Source of the DNA: Scyliorhinus canicula
Lineage: Eukaryota
Length of the DNA: 64,000 nucleotides
Direction: 5' to 3'
Assembly (NCBI RefSeq): GCF_902713615.1
Contig: NC_052174.1
Span: 12,022,514-12,086,513, forward strand
Part shown: piece by piece, positions 10,519 through 22,500 of the stretch
Layout: each line of letters starts with the position of its first letter
Position numbering within the stretch: the first letter of the stretch is position 1
Program-made: the position numbers and the translations under genes
The notes under the pieces: generated by a model
What the model saw: the letters and a program-made list of their open reading frames with translations, nothing else
Databases searched by the model: none
What the model was told of the DNA's origin: nothing

Positions 10519-13500
10519 CTGCAGGGGGGGGGGGGGGGGGGGAAGGTGAGCGGGAGACAGTTCATTCGACAGTCAGGGATTAACGCTGCATTACCGCAAG
10601 GGGTGCCAACTTCGATTGGACGGACGCCTGGAGGGCTTTTTCTCTCTCCAGGTGACCGCACGTCCCCAACCACCCCGCCCAGTCGAATAGTTGGTCACAT
10701 CCAAATATTATTTTGAAAAACAAAAATCAAACATTTTTAAATTAAAAAAAAACACAATCCTTTTAACGCCTCTGATTATTAGTTCTGCTGCATGTTGCTC
10801 ATGATAATGACAGTGTGCAAAATGCTTTTAAATCCCAGAGACTGGGCAACTCGAATTTCAACCTGACACGATTGAAAACTGCGTTTTCCCAGATATCGCA
10901 ATGGAAACGATTGACGCTTCGGTTAGACTTCGAGAAAGGGGAATCCTCCATAACCCAAAACATTTTCCTTGAAGTACGGAGTATTAATCATTTTCTGAGG
11001 TCAATGTGGATGTAATCATCACAATAGTGCAACTACATCTTTTACATTCACCCAAACAATGGTCCCCTTTTAGCATTCCTTTTATTTTTGTTATTAAATT
11101 TAGAGTACTCAATTATTTTTTTTTCCAATTAAGGGGCAATTTAATGTGGCCAATCCTTTGGGTTGAGAGGGTGAGACCCACGCAGATATGGAGAGAATGG
11201 GCAAACTCCACACGGACAGTCACCCAGGGCCAGAATAAGAACCCGGGCCCTCAGTGCCGTAGCCCCAATGCTAACCACTGCGCCACCGTGCTGCCCCTCA
11301 GCACCCCCTTTTTAGGCGACATAGTAGTTAGCGCTGCTGCCTCACAACACGTGGGAGAACGTGCAGACTCCGCACAGAGAGTGACCCAAGCCGGGAATTG
11401 ATCCCGGGACCCTGACGCTGTGAAGCAACGGTACTAACCACTGTGCTACCCTGCTGCCCTAGACAATGGTTTCATGGCCATCATCAGACTCTGAATTACA
11501 GATATATTTTTTATTGAATTCGAATATCACCACCTGCTGAGGTGGGATTCGAACCTGGGTCCCCAGAGCAGTACCCTAGGTCTCTGGATTACTATTCAGT
11601 GACAACAGCACTGAGCCACTGCCTCCCCTAGCTGCAGCGCATCTTGTAGATGGTACACATTGTGAGTCAGTGGTGGTGGAAGGAGTGAATGTTTGTGGAA
11701 GGGGAGCAATCAAGCGGGGCTGCTTTGTCCTGGATGGTGTGGAGCTTCTCGAGTGTTGTTGGAGCTGCGCTCATCCAGGCAAGTGGAGAGTATTCCATCA
11801 CACTCCTGACCTGTGCCTTGTAGATGGTGGACAGTCTTTGGGGGGTCAGGAGGTGAGTTACTCTCCGCAGGATTCCCAGCCTCTGACCTGCTCTGGTAGC
11901 CACAGTATTGATGTGGCTGGGTCCAGTTCAGTTTCTGATCAATGGTAACCCCCAGGATGTTGACTGTGGGGGATTCAGTGATGGTAACGCCATTGAATGC
12001 CAATGGGAGATGGTTAGATTCGCTCTTGTTGGAGAATGTACGAGACACAGGCTGAGTGTAAAGAGAGGCGGAATAGAAAAGGAAGGAACTAACGATTAAA
12101 CCTTTATCCATGACGATAAATAAAGTCCTTCCTCAGGTGAAGGAGCAAGTGCTCCGAAAGCTCGTGTTTGAAACAAACCTGTTGGACTTTAACCTGGTGT
12201 TGTCAGACTTCTTACTGTACTCACCCCAGTCCAACGCCGGCATCTCCACATCATTCCTAATGGGTATATGAAATGTTTGGAGAGGATAGCGAGAGGTTTA
12301 CTGGAAGGGATGCAGGATTACCCAGAGACTCTGGGGAAGCTGGGATTGCTCTCCGCGGAGCAGGGGTCAAGGGGTTATGGGGAGAAGGCAGGAGAATGGG
12401 GATGAGAAAAGTATCAGCCATGATTGAATGGGGGAGCCGAGTGGCCTAATACTGCTCCTATGTCTTACAGTCTAAGGCAAGATTTAATAGAGGCATTTAA
12501 AAATCATTAGGAGTAAAACGGCTTCCAATAGCTCAAAGGAACAATCACCAGAGAACACAGAGTGGGAGGTGACACGAGCAGGAAGCGGTTTCACACAGCG
12601 GGTGGTTAGAATTTGGAACGTGCCTGCAGATTCGACAGGAATGTTCAGAGAGGAATCGGATAAATCCTTGAAAGAGAAGGAATAGCAGGGATAGGGGGAG
12701 AAGAGCAGGGCCGCGGGAAGAACCAAATTGTTTTTCGAAAGGGCCAGCGCACAGGTCCGATGGGCTGAATGGCCTCCCTCGGCACTGTAGGGGTTCTATG
12801 AAAAGATGACTCCCTCTCTCGCTCACGCCAGCATTGAGGCGCCGGCCGACACTTGCGCTCTTGTCCCAGAATGGAGGCTTTCGATAGCCGGCCGGCCTCC
12901 TCACAACAGGCGCTAGTTCAATGCTCAGGAAGGGAGGTAGCATTAAAATAAATTCCAACGTCCTCATGGGCCGGCAGTCCTTGGTCGATGAGGAGGCTGC
13001 GCACCTCCTTGCTCTCGTCGCCCAGTCCTACTCCCCATGGGGTTATGGGGATAGGGTGGAGGTGTTGACCTTGGGATAGGGTGCTCTTTCCAAGAGCCGG
13101 TGCAGACTCAATGGGCCGAATGGCCTCCTTCTGCACTGTAAATTCTACGATAAACGTTCCTACAGATGCTCCAAAAGCAGCCATTATGCTAACCTGCACA
13201 AACCACCGAACGGGACTGCATCCACGCCAGGAATCTGTGCCCAAAACGAGGACAAGGGCAGAGAAGGTTTAGAAACAAAAAGAAAAACACAACCCAACCC
13301 CCACCCCAGACTGACCTCGATCGTCCTCTGCCAGCACATGGGACATGCAGAGAAACCGCTCCAGATTCAGGTCCTGGTGGCGAAAGTACCAGTCCTCCAC
13401 GACCTCCTCGTACTGTTCCAACATGTTCTCGCACTGAAAAAGGGGGAAAACGTCAGGCAGCGCGGTATCGGGTGCGTTGGGTGGTGCTTGGCCCAGAACG

Positions 13501-16500
13501 TGATCTTCCCGATTCCCGATTCAACATAGAGCTTAATAATCTTAGATTGGAACCTCTGCCTCCATTTTGTTTCCCCTCTTCCCCTGGTCTGGTCTCTCCC
13601 CTCTCGCTTCTCCCTACGCCCAGCAGATAACCTGCCATTCTCACCTCCTCTAGCCACATTCTTTCTGCTTCCTTTCCTCATTCCCACTCGCAGCAAGAAC
13701 CGTTTTGGGATTTAATCTCTCCGACCAGAGACGCCACAGGAAACAGGTCAGTGGATAGAGAGAGAGAGAGAGGCAGAGGTTTAGAGAGAGAGAGAGAGAG
13801 GCAGAGGTTTAAAGAGAGAGAGAGAGGCAGAGGTTTAAAGAGAGAGAGGCAGAGGTTTAAAGAGAGAGAGAGAGAGGCAGAGGTTTAAAGAGAGAGAGAG
13901 GCAGAGGTTTAGAGAGAGAGAGGCAGAGGTTTAAAGAGAGAGAGAGGCAGAGGTTTAAAGAGAGAGAGAGGCAGAGGTTTAAAGAGAGAGAGAGGCAGAG
14001 GTTTAAAGAGAGAGAGAGGCAGAGGTTTAAAGAGAGAGAGGCAGAGGTTTAAAGAGAGAGAGAGGCAGAGGTTTAAAGAGAGAGAGAGAGGCAGAGGTTT
14101 AAAGAGAGAGAGGCAGAGGTTTAAAGAGAGAGAGAGGCAGAGGTTTAGAGAGAGAAAGAGGCAGATGTAACTTAGCCAGTGGACTGTCAGTGTTAAGGGA
14201 CAGAGTTAGGAATAAGGGAAGGTTCGGATCTACAGAGTAAGGAAATACAGGTAATCCCGAATAGAATCGAGTTAACTCTCCTCGTCTGTGCCACTCTCTC
14301 TGGCGTCAAATTCCAGATTCTAACTGTGACTTTGGTTGGTGGAAATTGGTGAGATTTCCTCATTTCCAACTTCTACCCTGTAATCCCAGGTTGGAAACTG
14401 CCCGGAAGCACGCCCGCACAAATGGCCTTTCACCTGTTTTTTCAGATCCGTCACCTCGGCCGAGGGCTCGTCCCACATTTCGAACGGAATACCCAGCTCC
14501 ACCTTGACGCCCTTGTTTACCAGATTCTTCAGGGTCATCATCGTCTCACTGGTGCCCTGTTAACGGCACAACAAAACGCTGAGGGCACACACCACAGTCG
14601 GCCATCAGCCTCGCTGCTAGGATAGCAGCCAGGCCTTCAAACACCCAGACAATAAAACAAGGAGCTGCATTAACATAGCGCCTTAATGTAGTAAAACGCA
14701 CCAGGGCGTCATCAGGTAAAGCGTGCCACCGAGCCACACAGGGTTGATATTCGGAACAGGCGGCCAATGGCTCGGTCAGCGAGGACGGTTGTGACAGCCC
14801 CCTAAAGGAGAGAANNNNNNNNNNNNNNNNNNNNNNNNNNNNNNNNNNNNNNNNNNNNNNNNNNNNNNNNNNNNNNNNNNNNNNNNNNNNNNNNNNNNNN
14901 NNNNNNNNNNNNNNNNNNNNNNNNNNNNNNNNNNNNNNNNNNNNNNNNNNNNNNNNNNNNNNNNNNNNNNNNNNNNNNNNNNNNNNNNNNNNNNNNNNAG
15001 AGAGGGACAGAGGCAGAGAGNNNNNNNNNNNNNNNNNNNNNNNNNNNNNNNNNNNNNNNNNNNNNNNNNNNNNNNNNNNNNNNNNNNNNNNNNNNNNNNN
15101 NNNNNNNNNNNNNNNNNNNNNNNNNNNNNNNNNNNNNNNNNNNNNNNNNNNNNNNNNNNNNNNNNNNNNNNNNNNNNNNNNNNNNNNNNNNNNNNNNNNN
15201 NNNNNNNNNNNNNNNNNNNNNNNNNNNNNNNNNNNNNNNNNNNNNNNNNNNNNNNNNNNNNNNNNNNNNNNNNNNNNNNNNNNNNNNNNNNNNNNNNNNN
15301 NNNNNNNNNNNNNNNNNNNNNNNNNNNNNNNNNNNNNNNNNNNNNNNNNNNNNNNNNNNNNNNNNNNNNNNNNNNNNNNNNNNNNNNNNNNNNNNNNNNN
15401 NNNNNNNNNNNNNNNNNNNNNNNNNNNNNNNNNNNNNNNNNNNNNNNNNNNNNNNNNNNNNNNNNNNNNNNNNGCCAATGGCAGGGCACTGGTCAGAGTG
15501 AGCAGACCTGTATGTAGACTGTAGACAAGGTTGTTAGTTGCCAATAAAGTTTTTGTTCCATAATATTGGACTTCCCCTCGAGTGAAACAATTTCATTCCG
15601 AGAGATTGCACAAATGATGATTTCCCCCTCCCCTCCCCAGTTTTCTTACTAAATGTAGGAACCAGTTTTCTTGGCTGAAATGGAGTCAGTAAACTCCTGG
15701 TTAACAGTGGGATCTGAGGCAGCGTTGATGGGCAGTGCAGTAAACTCCTGGTTAACAATGGGTCAGTACGGTCTGAGGCAGTGTTGATGGGCAGTGCAGT
15801 AAACTCCTGGTTAACAATGGGTCAGTGGGGACTGAGGCAGCGTTGATGGGTCAGTGCGGTCTGAGGCAGCGTTGATGGGCAGTGCAGTAATCTCCTGGTT
15901 AACAGTGGGTCAGTGCGGTCTGAGGCAGCGTTGATGGGCAGTGCAGTAATCTCCTGGTTAACAGTGGGTCAGTGCGGTCTGAGGCAGCGTTGATGGTCAG
16001 TGGGGTCTGAGGCAGTGTTGATGGGCAGTGCAGTAAAACTCCTGGTTAACAATGGGTCAGTACGGTCTGAGGCAGCGTTGATGGGCAGTGCAGTAATCTC
16101 CTGGTTAACAGTGGGTCAGTGGGGACTGAGGCAGCGTTGATGGGTCAGTGGGGACTGAGGCAGCGTTGATGGGTCAGTCGGGACTGAGGCAGTGTTGATG
16201 GGCAGTGCGGTAAACGCTCTGGTGCTCGGGAATTGTGGCAGCTTCTCCCATCAGGCGTACCCTGTATCCTGCGATTCTCCCCGGCCAGTGAATACCAAGG
16301 CTGTTGGGGCTTTCAGTTTCCAGGCAAAATATCGGCACGGCCAATAGTGCCCAGATAAACCCCACAGCAACTTCCCACAATGGGCCGATGTTGGGGTTAT
16401 CCAAAAGTTGCTGTCTGATTCGCCGGTAACATTGTGGAAACAGCCCCTCACCTCAAACCACCTCCCCCCCCCCCCCCCCCCCCCCACCCCCACCCCCATT

Positions 16501-19500
16501 TGCGATCCTTTCACCTTTCTCAAGGTAGCCCCTCACCTTGCTCAAGGCAGCCCCTCACCTTGCTCAAGGTAGCCCCTCACCTTGCTCAAGGTAGCCCCTC
16601 ACCTTGCTCAAGGCAGCCCCTCACCTTGCTCAAGGTACCCCCTCACCTTGCTCAAGGTACCCCCCTCACCTTGCTCAAGGTACCCCCCTCACCTTGCTCA
16701 AGGTACCCCCCTCACCTTGCTCAAGGTACCCCCCTCACCTTGCTCAAGGTACCCCCCTCACCTTGCTCAAGGTAGCCCCTCACCTTGCTCAAGGTAGCCC
16801 CTCACCTTGCTCAAGGTACCCCTTCACCTTGCTCAAGGTACCCCCTTCACCTTGCTCAAGGTACCCCCTTCACCTTGCTCAAGGTACCCACTCAACTTGC
16901 TCAAGGTAGCCCCTCACCTTGCTCAAGGCAGCCCCTCACCTTGCTCAAGGCAGCCCCTCACCTTGCTCAAGGTACCCCCTCACCTTGCTCAAGGTAGCCC
17001 CCTCACCTTGCTCAAGGTAGCCCCTCACCTTGCTCAAGGCAGCCCCTCACCTTGCTCAAGGTACCCACTCAACTTGCTCAAGGTACCCCCTCACCTTGCT
17101 CAAGGTACCCCCTCACCTTGCTCAAGGTACCCCCTCACCTTGCTCAAGGTATCCCCCTCACCTTGCTCAAGGTATCCCATTCACCTTGCTCAAGGTAGCC
17201 CCTCACCTTGCTCAAGGCAGCCCCTCACCTTGCTCAAGGGAGCCCCTCACCTTGCTCAAGGTACCCAGTCACCTTGCTCAAGGTACCCCCCTCACCTTGC
17301 TCAAGGTACCCCCCTCACCTTGCTCAAGGTATCCCCCTCACCTTGCTCAAGGTAGCCCCTCACCTTGCTCAAGGTAGCCCCTCACCTTGCTCAAGGTAGC
17401 CCCCTCACCTTGCTCAAGGTAGCCCCTCACCTTGCTCAAGGTAGCCCCTCACCTTGCTCAAGGTAGCCCCTCACCTTGCTCAAGGTAGCCCCTCACCTTG
17501 CTCAAGGTAGCCCCTCACCTTGCTCAAGGTAGCCCCTCACCTTGCTCAAGGCAGCCCCTCACCTTGCTCAAGGCAGCCCCTCACCTTGCTCAAGGCAGCC
17601 CCTCACCTTGCTCAAGGCAGCCCCTCACCTTGCTCAAGGCAGCCCCTCACCTTGCTCAAGGCAGCCCCTCACCTTGCTCAAGGCAGCCCCTCACCTTGCT
17701 CAAGGCAGCCCCTCACCTTGCTCAAGGCAGCCCCTCACCTTGCTCAAGGCAGCCCCTCACCTTGCTCAAGGCAGCCCCTCACCTTGCTCAAGGCAGCCCC
17801 TCACCTTGCTCAAGGCAGCCCCTCACCTTGCTCAAGGCAGCCCCTCACCTTGCTCAAGGCAGCCCCTCACCTTGCTCAAGGCAGCCCCTCACCTTGCTCA
17901 AGGCAGCCCCTCACCTTGCTCAAGGTACCCACTCACCTTGCTCAAGGTACCCACTCACCTTGCTCAAGGTACCCACTCACCTTGCTCAAGGTACCCACTC
18001 ACCTTGCTCAAGGTACCCACTCACCTTGCTCAAGGTACCCACTCACCTTGCTCAAGGTACCCCCTTCACCTTGCTCAAGGTACCCCCTTCACCTTGCTCA
18101 AGGTACCCCCTTCACCTTGCTCAAGGTACCCCCTTCACCTTGCTCAAGGTACCCCCTTCACCTTGCTCAAGGTACCCCCTCACCTTGCTCAAGGCAGCCC
18201 CTCACCTTGCTCAAGGTAGCCCCTCACCTTGCTCAAGATACCCACTCACCTTGCTCAAGGTACCCACTCACCTTGCTCAAGGTACCCCCTCACCTTGCTC
18301 AAGGTACCCACTCACCTTGCTCAAGGTACCCACTCACCTTGCTCAAGGTACCCCCTTCACCTTGCTCAAGGTACCCCCTTCACCTTGCTCAAGGTACCCC
18401 CTCACCTTGCTCAAGGTACCCCCTCACCTTGCTCAGGTACCCCCTCACCTTGCTCAAGGTACCCCCCTCACCTTGCTCAAGGTACCCCCCTCACCTTGCT
18501 CAAGGTACCCCCCTTCACCTTGCTCAAGGTACCCCCTCACCTTGCTCAAGTACCCCCTACTGCTCAAGGTACCCCCTTCACCTTGCTCAAGGCAGCCCCT
18601 CACCTTGCTCAAGGTAACCCCTTCACCTTGCTCAAGGTACCCCCTCACCTTGCTCAAGGTACCCCCTCACCTTGCTCAAGGTACCCCCTCACCTTGCTCA
18701 AGGTACCCCCTCACCTTGCTCAAGGTACCCCCTCACCTTGCTCGGTACCCACTCAGCTGGTCGCAGGGATTAATCCTGGTCAAAACACACATCAATACTC
18801 CTGTAACAGAGATCCTAGGCTGCCCAGTGACACAGAAGGCTCTCAGCCACTTCCTGGCATTTCTCGCCTGTGGTATTATCACAACTGCAAGAACAGCCAG
18901 GGTTAATGAAGTGTCTCGAGTAGCCACCAGAGGGAGCTACAGTCACAAGTATATAAGGCAGTGATGCTAAGTCTTGTGGGAGAGAGTGCAGTAGTTAGCT
19001 AGAGAGAGAGATGTATTGATAGTGTGAGTGAGAGCAGATCATAGTTTATACCAGTGTTAAGATTAGATGTAGATGAGTGTAGTTTAAATGTTAACAATCA
19101 ACTGTGAATTCTTTAGGAGTACGTGTCAAATCCAAATTAGTGGTGTTAATAAATTTATAGCTTTGTTTAAGTTAAAGCTATTTTGTGGTCTTTGTGAACA
19201 CTACGCCAAACATCCTGAATTAAGCAACACAAAGAACACCACTTCGTCCTCATGTTATGCCCCTACCTTTGCGTATCGTAAGCTTCCAGGTCTCTCGGCG
19301 TGTACATTGTACTGCAGGATCCTTTCACAGATGTTATCCATGGCGTCTGTGAGCCGTGTCTCTCTATCAGACCACAGAGAGAGAGAGAGTCACTGAGCGA
19401 GCGTGAACAGTCATCACCATTATGACCGAATCCCATGGAGCCAGCCCACAGGGGGCAGCGTCATTACGGCGTGAACAAAAAAAATAGAAATTACTGTCGC

Positions 19501-22500
19501 ACTCTGGCCTCGGAAAGCAAATTTGCTGTTAAAAAGTCTCCATCCTCTCCCCCGCCCTCCCCTCTACTTTCTCCCTCTCCCGAAGGTGCTGACTATATCT
19601 GGGGTCCAATTTCCAAACCAACACAAATCCTAAACCAGCTTATTTAAGAGAGCAGCACGGTGGCACAGTGGTTAGCACAATCGCTTCACAGCTCCAGGAT
19701 CCCAGGTTCGATTCCCGGCTCGGGTCACTGTCTGTGCGGAGTCTGCACGTCCTCCCCGTGTGTGCGTGGGTTTGCTCCGGGCGCTCCGGTTTCCTCCCAC
19801 AGTCCAAAGATGTGCAGGTTAGGGTGGATTGGCCATGATAAATTGCCCTTAGTGTCCAAAATTGCCCTTGGTGTTGGGTGGGGTTACTGGGTTATGGGGA
19901 TAGGGTGGAGGTGTTGACCTTGGGTAGGGTGCGCTTTCCAAGAGCCGGTGCAGACTCAATGGGCTGAATGGCCTCCTTCTGCACTGTAAATTCTATGATA
20001 GAGCGGCAAGAACATTGAATTTGTTATTCCAGGGAGTGGTCGAGTTAGTCAAGAGGGATGTGTTCAAGGGGAAGCTGGAAAGATATACGAGGGAGAAAAG
20101 GGCGTTCCGAAGGGGGGCGAGATGAAGGGCGTTCCGTTTTGTGTGTGTGTGGGCGAGTCAAAGGGCACTCCGATCTGGGGGGGGGGAAAGAGAGAGAGAG
20201 AGAGAGTGACGATGGGGTGAAAGGAGGCTCCTGTGGAATAGAAACAGCAGCACGGACCAATTGGGTCAAGTGGCCGTCTCTGTCTTACGGTCAATGCGAC
20301 CTCGCTATAGAGACCAGGATTTTATTTAACAAGAAAGTACCAAACTCACCAGGCCTTTCCGCACAGTATTCCACGCTTTGTTCCCCCGCCCACCCCTTGC
20401 GGCATTCCACTGGGAATAAATCCTCACAAACCCCCCCCCACCCAAATGCCTGGACCTCGGGTGCGGGGATCAACTCTGTCCTGCTCTGATCGGCGGAGGG
20501 GGAAATCCCTTCACATTGGGAAAGTGTGCATTATCGAACATCACGAAGCAAGCACGTTGATACTCCTCGAGGAGGCAGTTACCCCGGACAACTGCCTGGC
20601 GAGGCCACAAAACAAACGGATGGAGCTGGTTTTAATTGCTGCTGGAGAGGGGTTGGGGGGGTCCTGCTAAGTGTAGAACCACATCAGCAGGAGAGAGCAA
20701 AGAAGAACAATACAGCGCAGGAACAGGCCCTTCGGCCCTCCAAGCCTGCATCGGTCATGTTGATACCATCCTTGGCCAAAACCCTCAGCCCTTCCTAATG
20801 CCGTATCCCTCTATACCCATCCTATCCATGCATTTGTCAAGATGGCTTTTGAACGGCGTTAATGTATCTGCTAAAGGAGGTTAGGGTTCTTCAACTCCCA
20901 CTTTCCCACCCATTCCCTGTATTCCTTAATTCTCGGAGACCAAAAATCCACCCATCGCAGCCTTAAATGCTTTAAACAATGGTGCACCCAGCAATCCCTC
21001 GGGTGGACACTGCCAACGATTCACAACACTTCGAGTGAATACATTTTTCCTCAGCTCCATCCCAAACGATCATCACTTTACCCATTGTTCTAGGTTTCCC
21101 CGACCAGTGGAAACAACCTGTCAGCTAGCTACCCAGACACGGCCCAGATGTTGGCTGGGAATCAAACCCAGTCTTGGGTGTTGACACCGCAGATGCTTTA
21201 ACAGCAGCCACTCGCAAACCATAAGGTGTGCTTTGGGGGAAATGGTGTAAAGGACTGAAAACACATCGAGTAACTGGGGCTGGTGGGCCCCAGAGATTAT
21301 TGCGCCGTACTTACGATGTGTTGTACTTTATCTTTCGTTTGCGTTTCCCATTGTCCAGCACTTCCCCGAGCTCCAAAACTTCCTTGGAACGTTTGGTCTT
21401 GTCCAGTGCTGTCTGCAGCTCCACCGTCAGGAACTTGCACACTTCAAACACACACGAGAGACAGAAAGGAAAGTTAGGAACCATGCAATGGCACCATTTC
21501 AGGCTGATTCTCACCCTCCTCCCGAGATCGTTTTCCAAAATGCATGCCTTTTGCACACACAGCTCTGGTCACCAACTGCTGACCGCACAAGAGGTGCGGA
21601 TCTCTTGCAAAGGGGCAACGAAAACTCATTTGGAGCTTTGCACGATGTGCCCAACGTATTCCTGACACTCACCATCCCTCCGCCTCACAACTCAAGCACT
21701 GAATCAACATGGATCCCTCGCTTGGGAAAATGACTCTCAAGACATCGCAAAAAAACTGCGGCACTCCCTCAGCACTGACCCTCTGACAGTGCAGCACTCC
21801 CTCAGCACTGACCCTCTGACAGTGCAGCACTCTCTCAGTACTGACCCTCTGACAGTGCAGCACTCCCTCAGTACTGACCCTCTGACAGTGCAGCACTCCC
21901 TCAGTACTGACCCTCTGACAGTGCAGCACTCCCTCAGTACTGACCCTCTGACAGTGCGGTACTCCCTCAGTACTGACCCTCTGACAGTGCGGCGCTCCCT
22001 CAGTACTGACCCTCTGACAGTGCGGCACTCCCTCAGTACTGACCCTCTGACAGTGCAGCACTCCCTCAGCACTGACCCTCTGACAGTGCAGCACTCCCTC
22101 AGCACTGACCCTCTGACAGTGCGGCACTCCCTCAGTATTGACCCTCTGACAGTGCGGCACTCCCTCAGTACTGACCCTCTGACAGTGCAGCACTCCCTCA
22201 GTACTGACCCTCTGACAGTGCGGCACTCCCTCAGTACTGACCCTCTGACAGTGCAGCACTCCCTCAGTACTGACCCTCTGACAGTGCGGCTCCCTCAGTA
22301 CTGACCCTCTGACAGTGCAGCACTCCCTCAGTACTGACCCTCTGACAGTGTGACACTCCCTCAGCACTGACCCTCTGACAGTGCAGCACTCCCTCAGTAC
22401 TGACCCTCTGACAGTGCGGCACTCCCTCAGTACTGACCCTCTGACAGTGCGGCACTCCCTCAGTACTGACCCTCTGACAGTGCGGCACTCCCTCAGTACT

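Noticed and set aside
16513-18964. Long ORFs (up to 488 aa) and palindromic repeats resembling a CRISPR array
   Set aside because: The ORFs are stop-free translations of a 22-23-nt minisatellite in all frames, and the linkers are only a few nt.
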